This document shows, one piece after another, positions 1-9,531 of a stretch of DNA of 64,000 nucleotides. Each line of letters starts with the position of its first letter. Position 1 is the first letter of the stretch. The notes beneath the pieces were generated by a model that was not told the origin of the DNA, searched no databases, and saw only the letters and a list, made by a program, of their open reading frames with translations. Origin of the DNA: an uncultured delta proteobacterium (GTDB lineage: Bacteria; Myxococcota_A; Polyangia; Polyangiales; Polyangiaceae); the NCBI GenBank assembly GCA_963782055.1, contig CAWAIF010000003.1, forward strand, positions 4,704,001-4,768,000, read 5' to 3'. Position numbers and translations under genes: made by a program.

Positions 1-847
1 CGTCCTTCCGGCTCATCTGCCGCAGCACGTCCAGCGCGGCGCTCAGGTCCTCGATGGCATCGCCCGGCGTCTTGCGCCCGGCGACGGGGAGCGCCACGCC
101 GAGCAGCACCCCTGCGAGGGTGGGGTGCACGCCGGCGCGCAGCAGCGCCACCCAGAGGGCCACGCCGAGCGTCACGTACGGCCAGCGGCGCTGCACGTTC
201 GCCCTGGCGAGCCCGAAGAGCGCGACGACCAGCACCGCCGCGACCGACAGCGCCCCCCAGGAGACCGCGCCGCCGTAGAAGAAGGCGATGACGAGGATGG
301 CCCCGAGGTCGTCGAAGATGGCCAGCGCCGTGAGGAAGACGAAGAGGGAGTGCGGCACGCGGTGGCGCACCAGCGACATGCACCCGAGGGCGAAGGCGAT
401 GTCGGTCGCCATGGGGATGCCCCACCCGGAGCGCCCCGGGGCGTGGTGGTTGAAGAAGAGGTAGATGCCGGCCGGCACCACCATGCCGCCCGCCGCGGCG
501 ACCAGCGGCAGCGCCGCCCTGCGGAGGGTGTTCAGCTCCCCGGCGACCACCTCCCGCTTGATCTCCATCCCCGCCAGGAGAAAAAAGACGCTCATCAGCG
601 CCTCGTTCACCCAGGAATGAACCGGCCAGCTCAGGGCGCGGCTGCCCGCGCGCAGCTCGACCGTGAGGTGCAGGACGTCGTGGTAGCTCTCCCGCCAGGG
701 GGAGTTGGCCCACCCCAGGGCGACGACCGCCGCGACGACCAGGATGATGCCGCTGGCGGCCTGGGTCTGGAAGAAGCGCTGGAGCGGGGCGACGACCGCG
801 AAGAGGACGCGCGCCGCGGTCGCTCGGGGCTTGGTCGCCTCGGCCAT
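1..847 (-). CDS. nhaA: Na+/H+ antiporter NhaA (3' end runs off window)
   Basis: Own translation of minus strand: MAEATKPR...WVNEALMSVFFLLAGMEIKREVVAGEL...GIPMATDIAFALG...FLTALAIFDDLGAILVIAFFY, all NhaA hallmark motifs. Confidence 0.93.
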   Translation of the reverse strand, partial: MAEATKPRATAARVLFAVVAPLQRFFQTQAASGIILVVAAVVALGWANSPWRESYHDVLHLTVELRAGSRALSWPVHSWVNEALMSVFFLLAGMEIKREVVAGELNTLRRAALPLVAAAGGMVVPAGIYLFFNHHAPGRSGWGIPMATDIAFALGCMSLVRHRVPHSLFVFLTALAIFDDLGAILVIAFFYGGAVSWGALSVAAVLVVALFGLARANVQRRWPYVTLGVALWVALLRAGVHPTLAGVLLGVALPVAGRKTPGDAIEDLSAALDVLRQMSRKD

Positions 848-899
848 CACCAAGCCATTGGGGCCGGAGGCGTCGCATGTCAAACTCTTCGTCTCCGCG

Positions 900-1748
900 A
901 TGCCCACCCTCGTCGAAGCGCTCGCCGCCCAGCGCTCGTGCCCCTGCGACTGCCACCGCTCCCTGAGCCCGGAGGAGCGCACCCGCGGGGTGGAGGCCCT
1001 CTACGCGTGCGACGACGCCCTGCGCGGGTGGGGCTACGTCCCCCTCTACGACCTGCACGGCGACGCCCTCTTCCGCGAGGCGCAGAAGAAGGGCGATCCG
1101 GAGTATCGCGGGGTGGCGGTGCGCTTCGGCGAGTGCATGTACAAGCGCCTGCTGGGCAGCATGCTGCACGAGATCCTGCACGCGAGCTTCGGCGAGGCGG
1201 GGCGCGCCAACCACGGCATCCCCTTCGGCATGCCCTACGGCGTGCCCAGGGACGTGCCGCCGCGTGAGGAGGAGGCGCTGCTCGGCAAGCACAACTTCGA
1301 CGAGGCGCGGGCGTTCGTCGGGGTGTGGATCCTGGGCAGGGAGCGCTTCGGGATCGACTGGAACCTGCGCACCGCGCGCGACGTGGGCACCTACGGCTTC
1401 GTCGGGGGCAACGCGCTCGTCGCCGTCCCCGCCGGCTACCGGCCGGTGGCTCACCTGGACCGCCGCCACCACGAGGCGCGCTACTACGCCCGCGCGCGCA
1501 AGCTGGAGGAGGAGGCGCGCGCCTGGTTCTCCGCCGAGAACCTGGGCGGCGTGGTGGCCGGGATGCAGGCCGCGGCCGAGGCCGGGCGCGCCGCGAGGCC
1601 GCGCAAGTACCCGCCGGCGGCCGACTTCGGCAGGATGGCCCCGCGCCGCATCAAGTCGGGCGATCCGTGCACCTGCGGCAGCCAGAAGAGCTACGGCACG
1701 TGCTGCGCGGTGGGGGTGACGGCGGTGATCCCCGCCCTGTCCCGCTAG
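900..1748 (+). CDS. Hypothetical protein with HExxH motif and C-terminal SEC-C metal-binding motif
   Basis: MLHEILHA motif; C-terminal KSGDPCTCGSQKSYGTCC matches SEC-C; ATG at 900 avoids overlap with nhaA. Confidence 0.75.
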   Translation: MPTLVEALAAQRSCPCDCHRSLSPEERTRGVEALYACDDALRGWGYVPLYDLHGDALFREAQKKGDPEYRGVAVRFGECMYKRLLGSMLHEILHASFGEAGRANHGIPFGMPYGVPRDVPPREEEALLGKHNFDEARAFVGVWILGRERFGIDWNLRTARDVGTYGFVGGNALVAVPAGYRPVAHLDRRHHEARYYARARKLEEEARAWFSAENLGGVVAGMQAAAEAGRAARPRKYPPAADFGRMAPRRIKSGDPCTCGSQKSYGTCCAVGVTAVIPALSR

Positions 1749-1817
1749 CCCTCACCCCAGCCCCCCTCTCCACGGCCTCACCCCCCGGCCCCCTCTCCAC
1801 TTCGTGGAGCGGGGGAG
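1749..1817. repeat. REP-like palindromic element (tandem CCTCACCCC..CCCTCTCCAC units ending in a hairpin)
   Basis: Two imperfect copies at 1749-1773 and 1776-1800; CCCCCTCTCCAC-TTC-GTGGAGCGGGGG stem-loop. Confidence 0.55.
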
Positions 1818-1863
1818 CAAGGACGGGCTTTTCGTCGGTCGCGGGGTCGGGTCTAATCGGAGC

Positions 1864-2217
1864 GTGGAAGGGCTCTTCGACCACCCCGAGAAGTACTACC
1901 CCATCATCTTCTTCCTGGTGGTGCTGCTCCTCATCCTCTACGCGCGCAAGGCGATGCAGCCCAAGATGGACACCGGCAAGTCCTACCTGGGCACCGCGGC
2001 GCACCAGTCGACGATGAGCGACATCATCGAGGCCACCGCGCGGCGGCTGATCGATCAGTTCCCCACCGTCGACGACGCGGCGCTCGTCCAGATGGTGCGC
2101 GACGACCTGCGCATCCGGAAGATCGCGCAGGTGGACCTGTACGAGTCGACCATCCAGGCCACGGTCACGCGCCTGCGGGGCGGCGGCGGCGACCCGATCC
2201 AGCGCTGGACCGACTGA
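1864..2217 (+). CDS. Small membrane-anchored hypothetical protein
   Basis: One hydrophobic segment YYPIIFFLVVLLLILYA; high-GC3 codon usage; GTG start assumed. Confidence 0.7.
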   Translation: MEGLFDHPEKYYPIIFFLVVLLLILYARKAMQPKMDTGKSYLGTAAHQSTMSDIIEATARRLIDQFPTVDDAALVQMVRDDLRIRKIAQVDLYESTIQATVTRLRGGGGDPIQRWTD

Positions 2218-2229
2218 GAGCTCCCGGCG

Positions 2230-3054
2230 TCAGGGGCGCGCGTCGGCGCAGCAGCGGAAGCCGGTGGAGTAGTCGTGGTAGGCGATCTCGTGCGCGCTGG
2301 TGACGTACAGGCAGCCGTGGCCGTTGACCTCGGCGTCGCCGTAGAAGCCGCCGCGGAAGCGGCCGTGGCCCTTGGGGTCGGGCGGGTCGGCGCCCCACTC
2401 GTGCAGGTTGCCCACGCAGTCGTAGACGCCGTAGGGGGAGACGCACTTGGGGTAGCTGCCGCTCGGGGCGAGGCCGCCGTCCCACTCGTTCAGGATGGGA
2501 TCGTTGAAGTCGGCGAAGGTCCACTTGTACGGGTCGCTGCCGAAGAAGAGGGGCATCGCGCTGCCCTTGCCCTCGTTGCAGTCTCCCGGCACGCGCGTGG
2601 TGCCCCCGTAGGGGTAGTCGGCGCCGGCGTCGTCGCCGCGGCACGCCCGCACGAACTCTGCGCCGGTGCAGAGGCGCTTGCCCGCGGCGGCGCACGCCGC
2701 GCTCGCCTGCACCTGCGAGATGTAGCCCTGCGGCACCGCGCCGGCGCCGTTCTTCGCGCGCACCGTCACGCCGGCAGGGATCACCTCGTAGGGCGAGTGC
2801 GGGTGCTCCACGCCGCCGTCGTCCACCTCCACCACGTACGCCTCGTAGCGGTCGACGCAGTAGTCGCCCACGTGCACCATGTCCGCGGGGCAGGGCTGGT
2901 CGAGCGTCGAAGGGTCCGCGCGGTCGCCGCCGGCGTCGGCGTCGGCCGTGACGCCCGCGTCGGCACCCGCCCCCGCCTCCGCCGGCGTGGCGGCGTCGTC
3001 GGCGGCGCTGCACCCGACGAGGAGCAGCGCGGAGAACAGCAGGACGCCACGCAT
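2230..3054 (-). CDS. SUMF1/formylglycine-generating-enzyme family lipoprotein
   Basis: Lipobox LLVGC; motifs VDRYE, YGVYDCVGNLHEW, RGG, GFRCC. Confidence 0.85.
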   Translation of the reverse strand: MRGVLLFSALLLVGCSAADDAATPAEAGAGADAGVTADADAGGDRADPSTLDQPCPADMVHVGDYCVDRYEAYVVEVDDGGVEHPHSPYEVIPAGVTVRAKNGAGAVPQGYISQVQASAACAAAGKRLCTGAEFVRACRGDDAGADYPYGGTTRVPGDCNEGKGSAMPLFFGSDPYKWTFADFNDPILNEWDGGLAPSGSYPKCVSPYGVYDCVGNLHEWGADPPDPKGHGRFRGGFYGDAEVNGHGCLYVTSAHEIAYHDYSTGFRCCADARP

Positions 3055-3139
3055 GAAGGCGCGGACCCTACCTTCGGCCGCGCCTCACGCCAAGGCGCGC
3101 GTGCCGCTCACGCAGCAGTTTCGCGCCGACTGTGATTTT

Positions 3140-3811
3140 CTAGCCCCGCTCCGCGCCGGCTTCCGCCTCGAAGTCGCCCTGCGGCGCGGCCGACTCGCCG
3201 CCGAAGAAGTGCGGGTAGACCTCACGCCACGCCTGCAGCATCGCCTCGTGGGGGAAGTCGTCGTAGGTGCCGCGGTCGCGCAGGTACTCCATGAAGGCGC
3301 GCCCCTGATCGTCGAAGGCCTGAAGCATCGCGTCGTGCTCGCCGTCGAGCTCGAGCGGCGCCACGCCGAAGCGCGCGCAGAGCGAGGCGTTGAAGGCGGG
3401 GGTGGCCTTGAGCACGCGATCGCCCAGGTGCACCTCCACGTAGCCGTGGAAGGCGAAGACACGCGAGCGCAGCACCTCGATGAGGCGCGGGGTGGAGAGG
3501 TGGTTGGTCACGTCGGCGAAGCCCAGGCGCGCCGGGATGCCCGCGCCGCGCAGGCAGGCGGCGAGGAGGATCGCCTTCGGCACGCAGAAGGCGCGGCCGC
3601 GCGCCAGCGTGGCGCTCGCCGTCAGCGCCTCGCGGGAGAGGTCGACCTGGTACGGGTCGTAGCGCACGCCGTCGCGCACCGCGCGAAAGAGGCGGGACGC
3701 GCGCTCCAGGTCGGTGCTGGCGCCCGCGACCGCCTCGTCGACGAAGGCGCGGACGCGCGGGTGCTCGAAGTCCAGGAAGAAGCTCGGCGCCAGGGCCGCG
3801 GGAGAGGCCAT
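3140..3811 (-). CDS. Transglutaminase-like family protein
   Basis: VRDGVRYDPY, FCVPKA (Cys), GIPARLGFADV, FHGY (His), KATPAFN. Confidence 0.88.
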   Translation of the reverse strand: MASPAALAPSFFLDFEHPRVRAFVDEAVAGASTDLERASRLFRAVRDGVRYDPYQVDLSREALTASATLARGRAFCVPKAILLAACLRGAGIPARLGFADVTNHLSTPRLIEVLRSRVFAFHGYVEVHLGDRVLKATPAFNASLCARFGVAPLELDGEHDAMLQAFDDQGRAFMEYLRDRGTYDDFPHEAMLQAWREVYPHFFGGESAAPQGDFEAEAGAERG

Positions 3812-3875
3812 CCAGGTGGGAGCCTACACGCCCCCCGTCCGGTTCGCCCGCCCGGCCCGTCGGTGCGAGGTGCGC

Positions 3876-3903
3876 TTGACTCGCCGCGCGCCTCGCGTAT
3901 GGT
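3876..3903 (+). promoter_or_regulatory. sigma70-type promoter of tRNA-Thr
   Basis: TTGACT-N16-TATGGT ending 16 nt before the tRNA. Confidence 0.6.
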
Positions 3904-3919
3904 GCGCGCCTGTTTTCCC

Positions 3920-4436
<517 letters not shown>

Positions 4437-4484
4437 GGCCCAATGTACTCAGCCCCTCAGACACCCATGCGAATACTGTCTCGG

Positions 4485-5135
4485 ATGTTCCGGTGGCCAC
4501 TTCGGGTCGTCTTCGCCGGAGCCATGTTGATTGGCTCGTTTGGCGCGTGCCGCATCCGCTCGAGCCGAGCCACCACGCAGCCATCCGCCACGGCTCCAGT
4601 GGCGACGCCACCACCGCCGCCGCCGCCTCGCGTCACCATCAAGTTTTTCGGAGTCATGATCAGCCCCACGAAGTCGAACAGACAGCCTTGGGATGGCGTC
4701 GGCGTTGTTCCTGCCAGCACCGTGTCCGGCATCACGGAGGCGTTGCAGCTGCCAAACGCCTACGCTGCGGCCGGGGAGATTCTCGCGCAGCTCGCTAGTC
4801 GTGGCACCCAGCCTCCCGATCCGGCCGGTCGCGTGAGTCTACTTGCCTCGGGCAGGCCGGTGGTGACCAGATTGCTTCCGAAGATTCAGGACAACTACCA
4901 GCCCACGTGGGATCCTCCGGCAGCGTTCTCGGACGTGACGCTCACCCAGCGGACGAGCCTTGAGATCTACGTCGTCGACAAGGATCTCCAGAACGACGAC
5001 AGCGTGGGGGCGGTGGTGCTCACGGCCGACGAGCTCAGGCGTGCCCTCTCCAAGGAGGGAAAGGTTCAGCACGTAGCCGTCCACGACCAGAATCCGCAGC
5101 TGCTCTTCGTCGACATCGCCGTCTTCCCAATGTGA
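4485..5135 (+). CDS. Putative lipoprotein with C2-like domain
   Basis: Signal ending FGAC, Pro-rich linker, then PDP...QDNYQPTW...LEIYVVDKDLQNDDSVG, a C2 acidic-loop pattern; start uncertain (4443/4467/4485). Confidence 0.7.
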   Translation: MFRWPLRVVFAGAMLIGSFGACRIRSSRATTQPSATAPVATPPPPPPPRVTIKFFGVMISPTKSNRQPWDGVGVVPASTVSGITEALQLPNAYAAAGEILAQLASRGTQPPDPAGRVSLLASGRPVVTRLLPKIQDNYQPTWDPPAAFSDVTLTQRTSLEIYVVDKDLQNDDSVGAVVLTADELRRALSKEGKVQHVAVHDQNPQLLFVDIAVFPM

Positions 5136-5182
5136 CGGGCGCCAGCGTGGTTCACGCCAGGGGCGCCGTTCGTGCCGTTCAT

Positions 5183-5295
5183 TGATCGCGATCCGGCGCC
5201 ATCCAGGCCGCCCTGATCGCGATCCGCCGACTCGCCGCGCAACCAGCGGAAAATGCCGGCGATCAGCCCCGATCAGCCCTGGCCCCGCGCTTGCT
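5183..5295 (+). promoter_or_regulatory. sigma54 (-24/-12) promoter with candidate upstream activator sequences
   Basis: TGGCCCCGCGCTTGCT at 5280-5295 (GG-N10-GC); two copies of TGATCGCGATCCG at 5183-5195 and 5214-5226, 31 bp apart, each containing the palindrome GATCGCGATC. Confidence 0.65.
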
Positions 5296-5332
5296 CTACC
5301 CCCTCCCGCGCCGCCTGGCGCAAGGAGGAAAC

Positions 5333-5908
5333 ATGGTCCGCTGGTCGCGTTGCTTGGTCGCTCTTCTCCCTCTCACCCTTGCCTGCGGTGGCGCCGCGCT
5401 CCCGAAGGGCGAGTACCTGCCAGGCGCGCCCGTCGCGCTGTTCGACGGTCCCGTTCATCTGGGCAACGACGTCGCCGGCGGGCAGGCCTTCGCGTCGGGC
5501 CCGGCGATCGCGGCCAGGGCGTGCACCCTGGTCGACGTGCCGGAGCCGACGGATGCCCTCATCCAGGTGCAGGACATCCGCTCCACCGAGACCGTCTCCG
5601 ACCAGCTCGTCGTCAACGGGAAGGCGTTCGCCCTTCCCATGACGCTGGAGCGGGATCCGAGGGGCGTCACGTCCAACGCGATGACCGTGTCCCCGGTGGA
5701 GCAGCTCCGGCTGGACGCGGGGCCGTCGGAGGTGTGCCTCGTTGCCGGCAAGAAGTCCGACGGGGACATCGACGACTTCGAGGTGGCGCAGGTGGTGCTC
5801 TACGTACGTGACATCGACGCGAGCGACGTCTCCGTCCGCCGCGGTCTGCTGCTGGGCGAGCCGCCCCCGGTGAGCCGGCCGAGCGTCCCCTGGGGGAGGC
5901 AGCAGTGA
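5333..5908 (+). CDS. Hypothetical lipoprotein
   Basis: AGGAGG RBS before ATG 5333; lipobox LTLAC; stop overlaps the next start. Confidence 0.75.
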   Translation: MVRWSRCLVALLPLTLACGGAALPKGEYLPGAPVALFDGPVHLGNDVAGGQAFASGPAIAARACTLVDVPEPTDALIQVQDIRSTETVSDQLVVNGKAFALPMTLERDPRGVTSNAMTVSPVEQLRLDAGPSEVCLVAGKKSDGDIDDFEVAQVVLYVRDIDASDVSVRRGLLLGEPPPVSRPSVPWGRQQ

Positions 5909-6684
5909 TGCTCCGCGCTCTTCCCCTCGCCTTCTCGCTCGGTCTCGCGGCCTGCGCCCCCGCCGGTCCGCAGGTCGCCGCCCCGGCGGCCAGTCCCTTC
6001 GTCGGCAGCCTGGCGGCAGCGCCATCGCCGCAGGCCGCGCCGTCGCCGACGGCTTCAACCACGTGCGGCCGGCTGCACGGCGGTCCCCCCACCCAGACCG
6101 ACGGCGTCCTGACTGCTGGCCAGAGCTCCGGTCGCTTCCCGGTGATCACCTTCGACTGCACGGACGCGTCGCGCGTGGTCAACGCAACCATCGAGACCTA
6201 CGTCCGGGCGCGCTTGCCTCGCAGTGCGTCGGACCGGGTGACCGTGTCGTGCGCCACGACGCTCCTCACGTCGGGGCTGGCGAGCCTCATCTGCATCGAG
6301 ACCGCGGAGTACCGCGGCGCCGCGCACCCCTTCCACGCCTCGAAGTCCTTCAACTTCGGCGTGTCGGGAGACAGCGCCAGGCTGCTTTCGGTCGACGACC
6401 TGTTCCTGCCGGGAGTGGATGCCGCCACGCTGCTCGGCGCCTTCGCCGAGCCCATGCTCCGGGCACGCGGCGTGGAGCCGCTGGCGCCCGAGCCGGTGCG
6501 CGTCCACGACTTCCTGCTCGCGCGAGACGGTTTGATCGCCCACTTCCCGGAGTACGCGGTCGGCGCGTACATCGACGGCACCCAGGACGTGCTCATCCCC
6601 TACGCGAGCCTGCGACGCTTCATGGTGCCCAGCTTGTGGGCTCAGCCGGCGGAGGTCGACCATGCTCGCCACGACGCGCTGTGA
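5905..6684 (+). CDS. RsiV/DUF3298-like lipoprotein
   Basis: Lipobox LAAC; motifs YRGAAHP, LSVDDLF, FPEYAVGAYIDG..V.IPY. Confidence 0.75.
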   Translation: MMLRALPLAFSLGLAACAPAGPQVAAPAASPFVGSLAAAPSPQAAPSPTASTTCGRLHGGPPTQTDGVLTAGQSSGRFPVITFDCTDASRVVNATIETYVRARLPRSASDRVTVSCATTLLTSGLASLICIETAEYRGAAHPFHASKSFNFGVSGDSARLLSVDDLFLPGVDAATLLGAFAEPMLRARGVEPLAPEPVRVHDFLLARDGLIAHFPEYAVGAYIDGTQDVLIPYASLRRFMVPSLWAQPAEVDHARHDAL

Positions 6685-6724
6685 GGTGGCACGTGCGCGC
6701 TTCCCAAGGAGCTATGCTCAGCCC

Positions 6725-8221
6725 ATGAGCGACGCAGACCCGCTCGGCTGGATCGGCTCGTCCCTCGAGTCGAAGTACCGCATCGAAAGCCTCGTCGGAG
6801 AAGGGGGCTTCGGCTGGGTCTACCGCGCCCGGCACGTCGCCTTCGGCAAGCCCGTCGCGGTCAAGTTCCTCAAGCCCGAGCTCGTCGCGGGGGGCGCGAA
6901 GCGCGAGCTGATCCTGCAGAAGTTCCTGGACGAGGGGCGGCTGCTGCACAATCTCTCCCGCGCGACCGCGGGCGTCGTGCAGGCGCTCGATCTCGGCGCG
7001 GCCGTCTCCCCGCGCGGCGAGTGGACACTCTTCATCGTGATGGAGTGGGTGGAGGGGCGCACCCTCGCCGCCGAGCTGAAGACGCGTCCGCGGCGCTCCG
7101 TTGCGGAGGCCGTCGCCGCGCTCGAGCCCGTCCTGGACGCCCTGGCGATCGCCCACGACATGGGCATCGCCCACCGCGATCTCAAGCCCTCCAACCTGAT
7201 GGTGGCGCGCATCGGCACCCGTCAGACCATCAAGGTGCTGGACTTCGGCATCGCCAAGATGATGGGAGGCGTGCGCGAGCCGTCGGGGGCGTTCACCAAC
7301 CCGGGCGACGCGCGGATGTTCTCCATCGCGTACGCGGCGCCGGAGCAGTTCGACCCGACGCTCGGCGGGTCGGGCCCGTGGACCGACGTCTACGCCTTGG
7401 CGTTGATCCTGATCGAGCTGGTCGACGGCGTCCGCCCCTATCGCGGCGAGAGCTTCGTCGAGTGCCGGGCCCAGGCGCTCGACCTGGAGCATCGGCCGGC
7501 GCTCGCGGAGGACCGGTCCATCGACGCCGTTCTCCGTCGCGCGCTCGCCGTCGATCCACGCAACCGGTATGCGTCGGCCGCGGAGCTCCGTGACGCTCTA
7601 CGCGCGGCGATGGCGCCCCCCACGGCGCGCCGTCGTGGGCCCAAGACCGAGGGGCCGCCCTCGCGTCGAGCACGGAGCGGGGCGCGCTGGCCGCTGGTTG
7701 GGCTGGCGATCGGGGCGGCCGTCGCAGGCACGTACCTCGTCATGCGCGTCGGGGGCCAGCCAGCACCCGGCGTAGACGCGGGCACGCTTCCCAACGCGCC
7801 GGCTGCCTCTACCACGCCGACCGAGGACGCGGTCCGTGCGGCGCTCTTCCGCTGGGACGACGCGGAGTCGCGCCACGACGTCCCTGCCCTCCTCGCGATG
7901 CACGCGGACCGCACCTGCTTCTACCGCTACTCCTGGGGCCGTGACGCCATCGGCCGCAAGCTCACCGGCCTCTACGCCGACGATCCCGCGTTCCGGCAGT
8001 CCGTCGACAGGAGCACGGTGACGGTCACACGGCGCGCCGCGGGTCGGGTGCGCGTGGACTTCGAGAAGGACTGGACCTCCCACGGCACGACCAGACGCAC
8101 GGCGTCCTATCTCGTCTTCGACGACAGGCTCCAGATCCTCGTCGAAGGCGACGAACGAACGGACGAGATGGTCCGCAAAACGGGGAAGGCTGGTGAGTGC
8201 CCGGGAGGCGATTCGTGGTGA
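6725..8221 (+). CDS. Membrane Ser/Thr protein kinase with C-terminal NTF2/SnoaL-like extracytoplasmic domain
   Basis: GEGGFG, VAVK, HRDLKPSN, DFG, YAAPE, DVYAL; TM segment WPLVGLAIGAAVAGTYLVM. Confidence 0.9.
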   Translation: MSDADPLGWIGSSLESKYRIESLVGEGGFGWVYRARHVAFGKPVAVKFLKPELVAGGAKRELILQKFLDEGRLLHNLSRATAGVVQALDLGAAVSPRGEWTLFIVMEWVEGRTLAAELKTRPRRSVAEAVAALEPVLDALAIAHDMGIAHRDLKPSNLMVARIGTRQTIKVLDFGIAKMMGGVREPSGAFTNPGDARMFSIAYAAPEQFDPTLGGSGPWTDVYALALILIELVDGVRPYRGESFVECRAQALDLEHRPALAEDRSIDAVLRRALAVDPRNRYASAAELRDALRAAMAPPTARRRGPKTEGPPSRRARSGARWPLVGLAIGAAVAGTYLVMRVGGQPAPGVDAGTLPNAPAASTTPTEDAVRAALFRWDDAESRHDVPALLAMHADRTCFYRYSWGRDAIGRKLTGLYADDPAFRQSVDRSTVTVTRRAAGRVRVDFEKDWTSHGTTRRTASYLVFDDRLQILVEGDERTDEMVRKTGKAGECPGGDSW

Positions 8222-9531
8222 GCGGCAGCGTTCGCGTGCGTGTAGCATCGACGCGCATGCCGACGGATGTGCGCACGGAGGAGCAGACGGGGCCGATGCC
8301 GCCGGCGGAGACGTCGCGCGGGCGGGAGGCGCTGCTCGTCGTGTTCCCCACCTCCGTGGCACTCCCGGTGCCGCCGTCCGGCGAGGCGGTGGGGCGCGAC
8401 TGGCTGGCTCGCTTCCACGTGTCGGATCCGAAGAGCTCCCGCGACCACATCGTCCTGTCGCGCGCGGGGGGCGTGCTGCGAGTGGCGGACTGCGGATCGC
8501 GCAACGGGACGTGGGTCAACGGACAGCGGCTCGCGCCGAACGAACCCGTTGCGCTGGACGACGGCGCGGTGCTCCGGCTCGGGCGGACGCTGCTCGTGTA
8601 CAGGGAGGAGCTCTTCGGCCCGGACGCGGCGGAGCCGCCGCTCGGCGCGCTCGTCAGCCCCTTCGGGATGCGGGCGGTGCGCGTGGAGCTGGAGCGCATG
8701 CTGTCCCCTCGCCCGCCGACCAACGTGCTCATCGAGGGGGAGACGGGCACGGGCAAGGAGCTCGTGGCGGCCGCCATCGCCGAGCGCCTGGGGCGCGCCA
8801 AGCGCTTCGCCGCGGTGAACGTCGCGAGCATCCCCGCCGGCGTGTTCGACTCCCAGCTCTTCGGCTACGTCCCGGGAGCCTTCTCCGGCGGGGGCAAGGG
8901 CTCACGCGGCATCTTCCTCGCCCACGACGGTGGGGTGGTGTTCCTCGACGAGATCGGAGAACTCCCCCTCGACCTGCAGCCGAAGCTTCTCCGCCTGCTC
9001 GACAACCGCGAGGTCTTCCAGGTGGGCGCCACGGAGCCCAAGAAGGTGGACCTGGTCGTCGTCGCCGCCACGAATCGTCCGCTCGCGGAGATGGTCGACC
9101 AGGGCACCTTCCGCAGGGACCTGCTGGCCCGCCTGAGCGCGGCGCGGGTGGAGCTGCCCCCGCTGCGCGAGCGGCCGGAGGACATCCTCGCGATCATTCT
9201 GGCGGAGTCGGCGAAGCGGGGCACGCCGCTCGAGCCTGGTGCCGTGGAAGTGGAGGCCGTGGAGCGACTGATGCTCCATGCGTGGCCCGCGAACGTGCGG
9301 GAGCTCATCTCCGTGCTGCACCGCGTGGCGGCAATCGATGCGCCGACTGCTCTGCGGGCCTGGGCGGTGGACCGGGTGCTCGGGCCGCGGCCGCAGGTGG
9401 CCGGTGTGCTGACGCGCGCGGCGGTGGAGCAGGCGCTGGCGAGGACCCGGGGGAACGAGAGCGCGGCGGCGAGAGTGCTCGGGGTGACGCGGGGGAAGTT
9501 GAGGAGGCTTCTGACTCGAACGCGAGGGTGA
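8218..9531 (+). CDS. FHA-domain sigma54-type enhancer-binding protein (AAA+, Fis HTH)
   Basis: FHA motifs VGR, SRDH, GSRNGTWVNG; Walker A GETGTGKE; FLDEIGE; GAFSGG loop; WPANVREL; C-terminal HTH. GTG overlaps the kinase stop; alternative ATG at 8257. Confidence 0.92.
   Translation: MSGSVRVRVASTRMPTDVRTEEQTGPMPPAETSRGREALLVVFPTSVALPVPPSGEAVGRDWLARFHVSDPKSSRDHIVLSRAGGVLRVADCGSRNGTWVNGQRLAPNEPVALDDGAVLRLGRTLLVYREELFGPDAAEPPLGALVSPFGMRAVRVELERMLSPRPPTNVLIEGETGTGKELVAAAIAERLGRAKRFAAVNVASIPAGVFDSQLFGYVPGAFSGGGKGSRGIFLAHDGGVVFLDEIGELPLDLQPKLLRLLDNREVFQVGATEPKKVDLVVVAATNRPLAEMVDQGTFRRDLLARLSAARVELPPLRERPEDILAIILAESAKRGTPLEPGAVEVEAVERLMLHAWPANVRELISVLHRVAAIDAPTALRAWAVDRVLGPRPQVAGVLTRAAVEQALARTRGNESAAARVLGVTRGKLRRLLTRTRG

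Noticed and set aside
6687..6702. TGGCACG upstream of the island kinase as a sigma54 promoter
   Set aside because: No GC at the required N10 spacing
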